Shown here one piece after another: positions 7,292 through 15,614 of a DNA stretch of 64,000 nucleotides. Every line of letters begins with the position of its first letter. The first letter of the stretch is position 1. Both the position numbers and the translations under genes were made by a program. The stretch is from Minisyncoccota bacterium (GTDB taxonomy: Bacteria > Patescibacteriota > Minisyncoccia > Phycocordibacterales > JBAYGS01). The DNA is taken from assembly GCA_041666545.1 (NCBI GenBank), contig JBAYGS010000001.1:217942-281941 (forward strand). Reading direction: 5' to 3'. The notes beneath the pieces are model-generated. The model saw only the letters and a list, made by a program, of their open reading frames with translations. It made no database searches and was not told where the DNA came from.

Positions 7292-8167
7292 ATGCTAGAA
7301 ACAGACAAGAACAGCAGAAAAAAGTTTAAAGAGAAAGGCAGAACCTTGATAATCGACATCCACGCACACACATCAAATCACCAGATGAAGGGTCTCCACG
7401 TTACTTCGGCGACCATTGCCACACTAGAGGAGTTGGCCAAGCAGTATGGCATCTCAGCCATTATTCTGTTGGCAACCTACTTCCCCCACCGGGGAACCGG
7501 TGTCCACAATCACGATCTGCTAAAACGGATCGAGGGACGACCACTGTTTCGAATGTTCGGCAGTCTAAATGTCATAAATGGACTGCGTACCGGAATCGAC
7601 GAGCTTGAGAAGTTGGCCCAACTTGGTTTAATCGCCGGCATCAAACTGTATCCCGGCTATCAGAGTTTTGAACCAAGCGAAACCCAACTTGTCGGGATCT
7701 ATCAGCTGGCGGAAACTTATCGCCTGCCGGTGATGCTTCATGGTGGCGAACTGCATCGATGCCCAAAAGAATGGAACGAGCTTTCCCGACCAAAGTATGT
7801 TGAAAAACCGGCCCGGGATTTTCCGAAAGTTAAATTCGTCGTCAGTCACCTCTCGAACCCTCACTTTGAGGAACTTCGCGAAGTGATGACTCGTTGCCCG
7901 AATGTCTTTACCGACATCTCCGGACAATTTGTCTCCGGCGCCGAAGAGGACATGCCCGAGTATCGCAAACTTATCGTCGAGGAAATCCAAAAGTTTCTTT
8001 TACTTCCGAACGGAGAAGATCGGGTCATGTTTGCGACCGACTTCCCTATCCAGAGCTATGAAGATTCTTTGGATCTGGTCTGGCGCTTGAAATTGAGTGA
8101 GGTTGGGTTAAAGAAAATTCTGGCAGGAAATGCTATCAGGTTTCTGGACAGAACACACGCAACATAA
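7292..8167 (+). CDS. amidohydrolase-family (TIM-barrel metal-dependent hydrolase) protein
   Basis: N-terminal IDIHAH metal-binding signature typical of amidohydrolase_2/TatD-like folds; 291 aa. Confidence 0.65.
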   Translation: MLETDKNSRKKFKEKGRTLIIDIHAHTSNHQMKGLHVTSATIATLEELAKQYGISAIILLATYFPHRGTGVHNHDLLKRIEGRPLFRMFGSLNVINGLRTGIDELEKLAQLGLIAGIKLYPGYQSFEPSETQLVGIYQLAETYRLPVMLHGGELHRCPKEWNELSRPKYVEKPARDFPKVKFVVSHLSNPHFEELREVMTRCPNVFTDISGQFVSGAEEDMPEYRKLIVEEIQKFLLLPNGEDRVMFATDFPIQSYEDSLDLVWRLKLSEVGLKKILAGNAIRFLDRTHAT

Positions 8168-8182
8168 AGAAAGGCAGATCAA

Positions 8183-8881
8183 ATGAGCATAAAGAGAATA
8201 CTCGTGACAGCCGGCAACACCCGGGTCCCGATTGACAGAGTTCGCGGTATCGACAACATTTTCAAAGGTCGAACCGGAGTCGCAATCGCAAAATATTTCG
8301 CCACGCAGGGTTGTAAGGTGACTCTACTCACATCGCATCCTGACCTCGCAAAGCAGTGTCATCCGAATTTGGAAGTCCTGTCATTCAGTTCGTTTGAACA
8401 ACTGCGTTTTAAAATGAGGGCATTGGTCCAAGACCTAGCCTTCGACGCGATTATTCATTCGGCCGCGGTCTCTGACTATAAGGTTGCCGGCATGTACAAA
8501 CAGACCGGCGAGGCTGTCGAAATTGGTGGGCACCTCCTGCGCGAGCTCAGCCAACTGGACAGCTCTGGCAAAATCGGTTCCGATCACCCCGAGTTGTGGA
8601 TGAAAATGGTTCCAACAGTGAAGATCGTCGACCTGATTCGTGAACCGTGGGGCTTCAAAGGAATACTCGTTAAATTCAAGCTCCAGGTAGACATGACCGA
8701 CGCCGAGCTCATTGAAATCGCCACGAAAAGTATGAAGCACTCCTCGGCCGACTTCATTGTTGCCAACACCCTGGAAGGTCTGACGGCTAAGGCCTTCATC
8801 ATCTCGGTGAAGGGCGGAAATCCGATTCGCACCAGTCGAGACAAACTGCCCGAGAACCTCTACCAAGAACTCGGCCTATGA
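8183..8881 (+). CDS. coaB: phosphopantothenate--cysteine ligase (CoaB domain, stand-alone)
   Basis: ILVTAGNTRVPIDRVRGIDNIFKGRTG matches CoaB motif; ATGA overlap with coaC. Confidence 0.65.
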   Translation: MSIKRILVTAGNTRVPIDRVRGIDNIFKGRTGVAIAKYFATQGCKVTLLTSHPDLAKQCHPNLEVLSFSSFEQLRFKMRALVQDLAFDAIIHSAAVSDYKVAGMYKQTGEAVEIGGHLLRELSQLDSSGKIGSDHPELWMKMVPTVKIVDLIREPWGFKGILVKFKLQVDMTDAELIEIATKSMKHSSADFIVANTLEGLTAKAFIISVKGGNPIRTSRDKLPENLYQELGL

Positions 8882-9429
8882 AATTACTCCTTGGCGTGAC
8901 CGGCAGTGTGGCTGCCAAACTTACTCCGAAACTGGTTCGAACCCTCATGGAAAGAGTACCCGAACTTGAGCTCAAAGTCATCGCGACTGACCGGGCCCTG
9001 TACTTTTTCCGAAAGGAAGATGTACCGATTCCGGTGCTCACCGACAAGTCTGAGTGGACCGAAGGCGGTTATGTCAAAGACACTCCTGTTCTCCACATTG
9101 ATTTGGGTGAATGGGCCGACCAACTGTTGATTGCCCCGCTTTCGGCCGACACTTTGTCGGACATGGCACACGGCAAAGCCAACAAGTTCCTGACCAGCAC
9201 GGTCTTGGCCTGGCCGAGGGAAAAGCGAATTATCTTGGCTCCGGCCATGAACACTCGGATGTGGTCAAATCCAATCACTCAAGACAATCTGGCAACGATT
9301 CAGCGAGTTTACAATACAGGCACAATCGAACCAGTTGAAGGTATGTTGGCCTGCAAGACAAAAGGGGTGGGAGCGATGGCCCACATCGACACCATCGTCG
9401 CTTCCTTGCTCCCAAAAAAAGTACATTAG
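8878..9429 (+). CDS. coaC: phosphopantothenoylcysteine decarboxylase (CoaC flavoprotein, stand-alone)
   Basis: LLLGVTGSVAA flavoprotein N-terminal motif, PAMN motif. Confidence 0.7.
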   Translation: MKLLLGVTGSVAAKLTPKLVRTLMERVPELELKVIATDRALYFFRKEDVPIPVLTDKSEWTEGGYVKDTPVLHIDLGEWADQLLIAPLSADTLSDMAHGKANKFLTSTVLAWPREKRIILAPAMNTRMWSNPITQDNLATIQRVYNTGTIEPVEGMLACKTKGVGAMAHIDTIVASLLPKKVH

Positions 9430-9434
9430 CTATC

Positions 9435-9461
9435 GCCGCCCGGCCTCCGGGCGGCTTTTTT
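9435..9461 (+). terminator. intrinsic terminator GCCGCCCGG-CCTC-CGGGCGGC + T6
   Basis: Near-identical terminator sequence recurs at 10155-10180. Confidence 0.75.
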
Positions 9462-9571
9462 ATTTCCAAAAATCGCACAGGAATTTAAAAAACTTCAAAC
9501 TGACAAAATGTATTACTTTAGAAACAAATGCTTATCGGTCTCGCGAACAATATTTGTGATATGATTTTCGC

Positions 9572-9739
9572 ATGAACAAAAAGAGGATAATTTACTCGGT
9601 TATTGAAATCACACTTGGAGCACTGATGTTTGTCTACGGCGAGATTGACGACAGCCCCGGGGGACAACTGCTTGGGCTTCTGGCAGTCATTTTTGGCATT
9701 GTCGGCATAATGAAAAGCCAAAAGAAAAAGATTGGCTAA
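9572..9739 (+). CDS. possible small membrane protein (55 aa, two hydrophobic segments)
   Basis: Unlisted ORF (<60 aa), ATG..TAA, followed by hairpin/T-tract; no SD. Confidence 0.3.
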   Translation: MNKKRIIYSVIEITLGALMFVYGEIDDSPGGQLLGLLAVIFGIVGIMKSQKKKIG

Positions 9740-9831
9740 CCGCGCCCAATGGTGCGGTTTTAATTTGTGACATTCAATTCAATGTATGCTAAGTTATTTT
9801 CGGAGTTAATTGAAACCGAAATTCACACTTT

Positions 9832-10083
9832 ATGCCTACAATCTTGCCTGACACCAATTGGGAGGAGTCACTTGCTCAACTGCCCATAACCGACGAACAG
9901 AAGAATGTTTTACGGTTGGCAATTGGAAAAATCCTGCGAAAATCTCGGACTTTTCCGAAAATCGGGGAGGCTGAGTTTGACGACCTAATCAGAAAGGTTT
10001 GGTTTATTAAATTCCAACCTTCGGGAGCGAATTACATCCTAGCGCGCAAGCGCGGACGGCTTTGCTTACAGCATGAGGACTGA
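9832..10083 (+). CDS. hypothetical protein (83 aa)
   Basis: Track ORF; terminator at 10155-10180. Confidence 0.35.
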   Translation: MPTILPDTNWEESLAQLPITDEQKNVLRLAIGKILRKSRTFPKIGEAEFDDLIRKVWFIKFQPSGANYILARKRGRLCLQHED

Positions 10084-10154
10084 ATCACGGGGACGGCTAC
10101 CCAAACCAACACCGTCGTCACTTGCCCATTATCACAAAACAATGTTTCGATAGC

Positions 10155-10180
10155 GCCGCCCGGCCGCCGGGCGGCTTTTT
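10155..10180 (+). terminator. intrinsic terminator GCCGCCCGG-CCGC-CGGGCGGC + T5 (second copy of the 9435 terminator)
   Basis: Read in sequence. Confidence 0.7.
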
Positions 10181-10272
10181 CATTACTCTGCCCATACTTG
10201 ACAACACCAAACAGTATGTTATCGTTGTAAAAGAAACCGTAAACCGATTCGGTTCCTTAACAAGGGAGAAAA

Positions 10273-11313
10273 ATGAAAGGATTACGCTTAAGTTCCCTTT
10301 CGTGGGAACTCCATAAATTAAGTCCGGATTTTGATTCTCAGCCAGCCACCTCGATTGCAAGCATCGCGAAACGCTTTGGTGAATGGGGCGAAAGGCTCCT
10401 CGAGAATACCGACGATGACGCCGAGATGATTGATAAGTATCACGCACTGCCGCTTGAGGCTTTCGCCGGATTCACTTTTGAGGAACTCTGTATGCTCAAG
10501 CATTCCTCAAAATTTAGGATGAGTAGCTCGGTCCGAGACTTCTTCGAGCGAAACGTGCGACACGAAGTGATCCAAAAAATCACAAATTCCATGTGGCGCT
10601 GGTCATTTTACAAGAGTGGTTGGAATGAGATCGTCGAAATTTATGACCGTCTACGTCATTTCACCTTCTCGGATGATCCAAATTTTGAAGTTCGTTTGGA
10701 TTACACGACCTATCACAATGAGTACGGCCACGCCAAGTTCAGTCGAGTTTACATCGACGGAACCTTTGCCTACTTGGTCTATTACAAACGCAAGCACATA
10801 ATGACCATCGGCTTTTCCTTAGCTGGCAAGAGCCGGATTCTCATCCAGCAGGTTCAGTCAGCCAAACAGAGTGGAAATCGGTATTTGTACAAATTACCAA
10901 AAAACCGACTGGAATTTGTGATTGAGTTGTTCAGGAAAAACTTCCCCACCTACTCGCTGTATCTAATCGACGGGAAGAGTCTGGTCAAAAAGACGCTCGC
11001 CGACTACCAGAGAACCCTGACAAGAACTCTGGAACACATCAAGGCGTACCGGAAGGAAAACAGCGATTTTGCCAGGAGAATGCTTGAAGATTACGAGAAA
11101 GATTGCGCCACCTTCGAACAAAAAATCGCGCACCTCGAGGCAGACAAAGCAAGGCTAATCGCTTTCTATAGCGATACCGGTCGATTCAAGTTCGGCCGTT
11201 CGGTATACGAAACCCTGTATCTTGTTCACCGCCAAATTGTGGCTCACCTGCAAGCATCCAGGTGTCGTAGTAAGGCCTCTGAGCCAAACAACTGCTTCTC
11301 TGTGGCAGCTTAG
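10273..11313 (+). CDS. hypothetical protein (346 aa) with a possible Walker-A-like GFSLAGKS
   Basis: Track ORF, AGGGAGAAAAATG RBS; weak P-loop-like motif only. Confidence 0.5.
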   Translation: MKGLRLSSLSWELHKLSPDFDSQPATSIASIAKRFGEWGERLLENTDDDAEMIDKYHALPLEAFAGFTFEELCMLKHSSKFRMSSSVRDFFERNVRHEVIQKITNSMWRWSFYKSGWNEIVEIYDRLRHFTFSDDPNFEVRLDYTTYHNEYGHAKFSRVYIDGTFAYLVYYKRKHIMTIGFSLAGKSRILIQQVQSAKQSGNRYLYKLPKNRLEFVIELFRKNFPTYSLYLIDGKSLVKKTLADYQRTLTRTLEHIKAYRKENSDFARRMLEDYEKDCATFEQKIAHLEADKARLIAFYSDTGRFKFGRSVYETLYLVHRQIVAHLQASRCRSKASEPNNCFSVAA

Positions 11314-11520
11314 ACACTTAACCCACAAACCACTTCCCGACGAGAGTCTCGAGGTGGTTTTTATTTGCCTCATGTGCACAGTTTTGAAACCTTTAGTCTC
11401 CACTTTCATTGTATAATTCAGAATTTTATATTTGACAATTTTCATAAATATGCTAGCCTGCGAAGAGAGTCTTTTGGAGTTAGATTGGTCAGACAAACAA
11501 AAACAAAAGAAAGGAAGCCA

Positions 11521-12051
11521 TTGAAAGGACAGGTCAGAAATCCGAACGATTCGTATGAACTGATGTACGAATTTTTGAAAATGCGCCGGGCCAGCACCGA
11601 AGCGGGCCAACCATTCACTTCGGCCGATGTCTCGGGTGAGACCGGGGTCAAGATCGAAATCGCTTGCAACTTCTTGAGGCGCCTTTCCGAGAAAGGCGGC
11701 CCGCTCATTCGCACTCGCGTCTCTTCCAGATTCGGACGGGGCACAATGTACACCTATCTTTTTGCACCCGAAATAAAATTGCCCAAGCCGCAGTTATCGA
11801 AGGGCGAAGTCGCAAATTTGGTCTGGAGAGTGTTCAAGCTGGCCAAGAAGCCGCTCAGCAAAACCGAGGTTGCCAGGCGAGTCGGTTGCCGAACCGGCAG
11901 ATTGGTGAGTCGCAATTCAGTAAGCACCGTAGTCTATCGGTGGTACGGATTCAACCACCTGGCCCGACTCAAGAGGGGCAAGTACCAGCTTAAAAACCGG
12001 CTTCCTTGCCGTCCGCTCACTCTGTCGCTTCCGACTCAGTCACAAATCTAA
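11521..12051 (+). CDS. hypothetical protein with two tandem winged-helix-like DNA-binding repeats (start uncertain: TTG 11521 or ATG 11563)
   Basis: Internal repeat (SADVSGETGVKIEIACNFLRRLSEKGG..IRTRVSSRFGRG / PLSKTEVARRVGCRTGRLVSRNSVSTVVYRW); AGGAAG RBS before TTG; terminator follows. Confidence 0.45.
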   Translation: MKGQVRNPNDSYELMYEFLKMRRASTEAGQPFTSADVSGETGVKIEIACNFLRRLSEKGGPLIRTRVSSRFGRGTMYTYLFAPEIKLPKPQLSKGEVANLVWRVFKLAKKPLSKTEVARRVGCRTGRLVSRNSVSTVVYRWYGFNHLARLKRGKYQLKNRLPCRPLTLSLPTQSQI

Positions 12052-12059
12052 ATCGTTTT

Positions 12060-12097
12060 GGCCCGAAAGTGTTCCGACACTTTCGGGCCTCTTTTAA
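12060..12097 (+). terminator. intrinsic terminator GGCCCGAAAGTGT-TCCG-ACACTTTCGGGCC + T-rich tail
   Basis: 13-bp perfect stem. Confidence 0.7.
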
Positions 12098-12227
12098 TTC
12101 AGGAAAGCGAGACCGCCCCGCGCCGGAGCGCTGGGCGACCTTTTGCACCTTGACTTTTGGCATGAATATGATACAGTCCCCGACAGAACAGAACGCCGGC
12201 TTGTAGCTGGTATAGCCAAAGGAATAT

Positions 12228-12461
12228 ATGCCAAGAGCCTTGAAAACCGACCGTTTCTTTCTGCAAAAGGCAGCAAGAAGCGGTAAAAACAAAGACAAAT
12301 TGCTTGTCGGGGTCCATAGTAGCCATAAGGACATCACGCTGCAAAACCTGCTTGATTTCCTGGAGGCGAACCAAATTGATCCCTCGCAGGTTGAGCTCAA
12401 ATTCGGCTTCGTCACCACCGTTAACCCGAAAAACGGAAAGGGTGAAAATGAGAAAAGTTAA
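12228..12461 (+). CDS. hypothetical protein (77 aa)
   Basis: ATG with AAAGGAA RBS; overlaps next gene by 14 nt. Confidence 0.4.
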   Translation: MPRALKTDRFFLQKAARSGKNKDKLLVGVHSSHKDITLQNLLDFLEANQIDPSQVELKFGFVTTVNPKNGKGENEKS

Positions 12462-12789
12462 GGACATAGTCGAAGAATTCAAGAAGAGCGGTGCTACAAG
12501 TGAGGCCTTGACCAAAGCGGTTAACGAACTGCTTGTCCACGACATTCCAGAAATGAAGCGAGTGAGAACTGTGACGACTGTCAGTGGTGTCCTCGGCATC
12601 ATCGCCACAGCGAAGGAACGTTTTGAGACCTTTGCCAGGCTCGCGCCATCAGTCGAAGGCAAGACTAGACTCAGCCCCGAACATTTCGGCCCCCTACTGC
12701 AGGAAGCCTGGCCAGAGGCGTTCGCGTTGTGGAAACTCTACAAGCCCAGGAATGTGTCAGGCGCACCCGAAAGAAAGGAGACCGAATGA
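12448..12789 (+). CDS. hypothetical protein (113 aa), tandem paralog A
   Basis: GGAAAGGGTGAAA RBS; N-terminus MRKVKDIVEEFKKSGATSEALTKAVNELLVHDIPEMKR is paralogous to next gene. Confidence 0.55.
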   Translation: MRKVKDIVEEFKKSGATSEALTKAVNELLVHDIPEMKRVRTVTTVSGVLGIIATAKERFETFARLAPSVEGKTRLSPEHFGPLLQEAWPEAFALWKLYKPRNVSGAPERKETE

Positions 12790-13115
12790 GACCCGTTAAA
12801 GAAATAGTGACCGAATTCGGAAGAAACGGTGCCACGATCGAGGCCTTAAACACGGTCATAAATGAGCTCGTGCTGCATGATATCCCCGAGCTCAAGAGAC
12901 AGAGGCGCGCACAGACAGACGAAGCCATCTTGGCAATCCTCAATACGGTCGAGGAGCGCTTCGGCGCCTTCGCCAACAAGGCACCCGCACTTGCCGACGG
13001 CAGAAAATTGCAGCCGAATCATTTCGACCTGATTCTGAAGGCGACCTACCCGGAGATACATGATCTCTGGCAAATCGGCAAGATGCTTAAGGGACGGCAA
13101 TTGGTCCGCCGTTAA
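12786..13115 (+). CDS. hypothetical protein (109 aa), tandem paralog B
   Basis: AAGGAG RBS, ATGA overlap; N-terminus MRPVKEIVTEFGRNGATIEALNTVINELVLHDIPELKR; terminator follows. Confidence 0.55.
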   Translation: MRPVKEIVTEFGRNGATIEALNTVINELVLHDIPELKRQRRAQTDEAILAILNTVEERFGAFANKAPALADGRKLQPNHFDLILKATYPEIHDLWQIGKMLKGRQLVRR

Positions 13116-13141
13116 CATCCAACCTCCCCACCCCGCACGCG

Positions 13142-13171
13142 CGAACGCGTGCGGGTTTTTTAATTGCGACA
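13142..13171 (+). terminator. intrinsic terminator CCCGCACGCGCGAACGCGTGCGGG + T6
   Basis: Read in sequence. Confidence 0.8.
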
Positions 13172-13248
13172 AACTTACTTTAGATATTTCATCTAAGAAA
13201 ACATTCAGGTATAATTGTCTACAGTAAACCTTTTTGGAAAGGAGGGTT

Positions 13249-13491
13249 ATGAGAATAGTAGTTTTTGATAACTCTCGGTTTTTGCAGCGACAGATTATCG
13301 AGGCCTTGACCTGCCCAATCAACCGACATTGTACCCGTTTGGAGCATAAGTGTGACGACTGGGAACTTTGGCACCATCCGGAGTGGTTAATCCAACACTT
13401 CATTGAGAATGGCGGAGCAGTGGCGTTTGCAAAACGCCGAGCCGAGTTTGTTCGCGAAGTGGAGGTTCCAGAAATCGAATACGAAATCTAG
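13249..13491 (+). CDS. hypothetical protein (80 aa, Cys/His-rich segment CPINRHCTRLEHKCDDWELWHH)
   Basis: AAGGAGGG RBS before ATG 13249; TATAAT at 13210-13215; terminator follows. Confidence 0.5.
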   Translation: MRIVVFDNSRFLQRQIIEALTCPINRHCTRLEHKCDDWELWHHPEWLIQHFIENGGAVAFAKRRAEFVREVEVPEIEYEI

Positions 13492-13509
13492 GATTACAAA
13501 TTCTAGAAC

Positions 13510-13541
13510 ATGTGGCGACACCTTGGTGTCGCCACATTTTA
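13510..13541 (+). terminator. intrinsic terminator ATGTGGCGACACC-TTGG-TGTCGCCACAT + TTTT
   Basis: Read in sequence. Confidence 0.8.
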
Positions 13542-13631
13542 ATCTGTTAAAAATTGTAAGATTTGGTCTTGCAGGATTGACCCGGAGGCCCAGCTTGATA
13601 TATCCTTCAACTAGATAGAAAGGACTAAATT

Positions 13632-13826
13632 ATGCCGAAAAAGAAATTGTCGAAAAGGACTCGAGAACCGACCAAAACACCGCGGAAAAACAGGGGTCGC
13701 AAGTCAAGCACGGAGAGGGAAAATCAATCCGATATGCAAGGAGGACAAGGCCCCATCATACACGATAGAAGCATGGAAGACGGTAGCTACCACCAAACAC
13801 TTGGTGGCTGGGGAATGCCCTACTAA
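13632..13826 (+). CDS. small basic protein (64 aa, Lys/Arg-rich N-terminus)
   Basis: AAAGGA RBS; terminator directly downstream. Confidence 0.45.
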   Translation: MPKKKLSKRTREPTKTPRKNRGRKSSTERENQSDMQGGQGPIIHDRSMEDGSYHQTLGGWGMPY

Positions 13827-13835
13827 GACCGCGAT

Positions 13836-13859
13836 GGACTCTCTCATGAGAGTCCTTTT
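13836..13859 (+). terminator. intrinsic terminator GGACTCTCTCATGAGAGTCC + TTTT
   Basis: Read in sequence. Confidence 0.75.
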
Positions 13860-13897
13860 AATTTGTAAATTAAAACTGAAAGCTCTATACTAAAACC

Positions 13898-14494
13898 ATG
13901 AATACAAAAAATGTTTCGACAATTTTAATAGTTATTATTTTGATTATAGCTGGTATTTACTTATTCAAGCCGAAAGCCCAAGTGGCCGCCCCTGTCCAGG
14001 GCGGAATTAATGAGAAAAATGCCACTTATGAAATCGGCAATCAAAAAGTCACTTTGGTTAATGGTGTAGCTGAGACTGAAAGCGCTCCGGAATCCGCGAC
14101 CAAAACTACCACCCGATATTTTGGCAACGAGATCAGACATGACCTCAATGATGACGGCCAGGAAGATGTGGCCTTTTTGCTAACTCAAGAAACCGGCGGT
14201 AGTGGCACCTTTTATTATTTTGTCGCCGCGCTCAATACTCCAAACGGTTACATCGGCTCGCAAGGATTTTTGTTGGGTGACCGCATTGCTCCCCAATCGA
14301 CAGTGCTGGAAGAAGGAATTACGGCGGTTGGGACGGCAAGAAAAAATGTTATTATCGTAAATTACGCCATTCGAAAACCCGACGAACCGTTTACCACTTC
14401 CCCATCAGTTGGCAAAAGCGTTTGGCTTAAACTCGATCCGGCCACCATGCAATTTGGCGAGGTGGCGCAGAATTTTGAGGGAGAATCAAGATAA
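13898..14494 (+). CDS. hypothetical secreted/membrane-anchored protein (198 aa)
   Basis: N-terminal TM/signal (ILIVIILIIAGIYLF); terminator follows. Confidence 0.55.
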   Translation: MNTKNVSTILIVIILIIAGIYLFKPKAQVAAPVQGGINEKNATYEIGNQKVTLVNGVAETESAPESATKTTTRYFGNEIRHDLNDDGQEDVAFLLTQETGGSGTFYYFVAALNTPNGYIGSQGFLLGDRIAPQSTVLEEGITAVGTARKNVIIVNYAIRKPDEPFTTSPSVGKSVWLKLDPATMQFGEVAQNFEGESR

Positions 14495-14508
14495 GACCCG
14501 TGTTGCTT

Positions 14509-14552
14509 GGCCTCCAATATCAAGGTCGGACCTTGATATTGGAGGCCTTTTT
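14509..14552 (+). terminator. intrinsic terminator with 19-bp perfect stem (GGCCTCCAATATCAAGGTC...GACCTTGATATTGGAGGCC) + T5
   Basis: Read in sequence. Confidence 0.8.
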
Positions 14553-14664
14553 GGTTATTTGACAAAATACTCAATCTATGATAACATTCTAGGCAGAAAG
14601 TCAAACCAAAAAACAAACTCGGAACGACTCAAAAGGTCGCTTCGAATAAAAAGAAAGGACAAAA

Positions 14665-15147
14665 GTGAAGATCTTGTTCGCAAACGGTAATCCGATTTTT
14701 TCATCAACAAGAGTCCGGATACTCACAGATCTGGGCTTCCGGGTGGACTTCCGTAGGGACGCGGCTCAGGTACTCGAGGCCTTCACCGGCCCCAAGGAGA
14801 CATGGCCGGACATCCTGGTCATGGACAACTTCCTTCCTCAGGGTGATACCGAGGAGGTCAACGAACACAGCACTTATGGCTACATCCGGACAGGGATGGC
14901 CATTTATGCAGTCCTCCGGAGAAAGTACATCGCAGTGCCGACACTGATTTACACAACCGACCGCCAAGGACATGAGGAACTGAAGCTGCTCTGTCTTGCC
15001 GATTCACGCTTGTGCGCAGTTTACGAATGTGTCGATAACTCAACGAAGGAAATCACTACCACGGTCCAAAAGCTGGCCAAAATTGTCGAAGCCGAAGCCA
15101 AGACTGCACCGGCCTCACCCACGAAGATGGATCTTAGCGAGTGTTGA
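14665..15147 (+). CDS. stand-alone CheY-like receiver-domain protein, probably a pseudo-receiver (acidic pocket residues replaced: ANGN)
   Basis: GTG start with AGAAAGGA RBS; DILVMDNFLP phospho-acceptor-like region; no kinase or output domain nearby. Confidence 0.5.
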   Translation: MKILFANGNPIFSSTRVRILTDLGFRVDFRRDAAQVLEAFTGPKETWPDILVMDNFLPQGDTEEVNEHSTYGYIRTGMAIYAVLRRKYIAVPTLIYTTDRQGHEELKLLCLADSRLCAVYECVDNSTKEITTTVQKLAKIVEAEAKTAPASPTKMDLSEC

Positions 15148-15340
15148 CAAACCTGCCGGCTCAAGGTCAAAATTGGTGACGCAATCTCGGTCGTGAAGGT
15201 GCTCATGGCACATCCGTGCGACGAGGGTCGCAACAAACGACCGGTCGGCAACCGAGTTCATCTGGTCCCGGGTGGCTGGTTCGAGACCAGCCGAGTCGAA
15301 GTTCTCGAGCTTCTTCCGTGGGAAGAATAACTTCCCCGCC

Positions 15341-15378
15341 CCGCCCAAGAAACCTCCGAGGTTTCTTGGGCGGTTTTT
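15341..15378 (+). terminator. intrinsic terminator CCGCCCAAGAAACCTCCGAGGTTTCTTGGGCGG + T5
   Basis: Read in sequence; plus-strand orientation. Confidence 0.8.
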
Positions 15379-15387
15379 AATATCAAA

Positions 15388-15427
15388 CTACATAAGACCG
15401 TCTTACGCGTAAGACGGTCTTATGTAG
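15388..15427. promoter_or_regulatory. perfect 40-nt palindrome (20-bp arms) CTACATAAGACCGTCTTACG|CGTAAGACGGTCTTATGTAG, candidate operator or bidirectional terminator
   Basis: Perfect inverted repeat ~35 bp upstream of a consensus promoter. Confidence 0.5.
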
Positions 15428-15461
15428 AGAAAACTCCCTTTGTTGAGGGATTTTTTATTGA

Positions 15462-15490
15462 TTGACTTTTAGTATGAGATATGATATAAT
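15462..15490 (+). promoter_or_regulatory. sigma-70 consensus promoter TTGACT-17-TATAAT driving 15615 gene through a ~120-nt structured leader
   Basis: -35 15462-15467, -10 15485-15490, 17-bp spacer. Confidence 0.6.
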
Positions 15491-15614
15491 TGCCGGCAGA
15501 AAGTTGGACCGAACATTGTCCAATTAGTCCCTAAACAACCAAGGCCTAAAGCACCAAGTGCTCGGCTAAGACCCTAAAACAGATTGCTAAATCTGCTCGG
15601 GTAAGAAAGGAAAA

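Noticed and set aside
7628-8866. Antisense ORFs 7628..7990 and 8435..8866 / 8584..8844
   Set aside because: They are embedded opposite the amidohydrolase and coaB genes, which have clear family motifs. No independent signals were found.
12017-13403. Long minus-strand ORFs (12099..12662, 12017..12418, 12671..12979, 12846..13403)
   Set aside because: They are antisense to the plus-strand small genes, which have strong SD sequences, ATGA-type overlaps and a clean plus-strand terminator at 13142. The minus ORFs have no RBS and no terminator.
15145-15147. TGA recoding (Gly or selenocysteine) as explanation for the open frame after the receiver gene
   Set aside because: Several well-supported genes in the window terminate at TGA with sensible ATGA overlaps or terminators (8879-8881, 12787-12789, 30615-30617). 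There is no SECIS-like hairpin downstream of 15147.
15115-15348. Minus-strand ORF 15115..15348 (77 aa)
   Set aside because: Its start lies inside the stem of a terminator whose T-tract is on the plus strand. The plus-strand frame of the receiver gene continues through this region instead.
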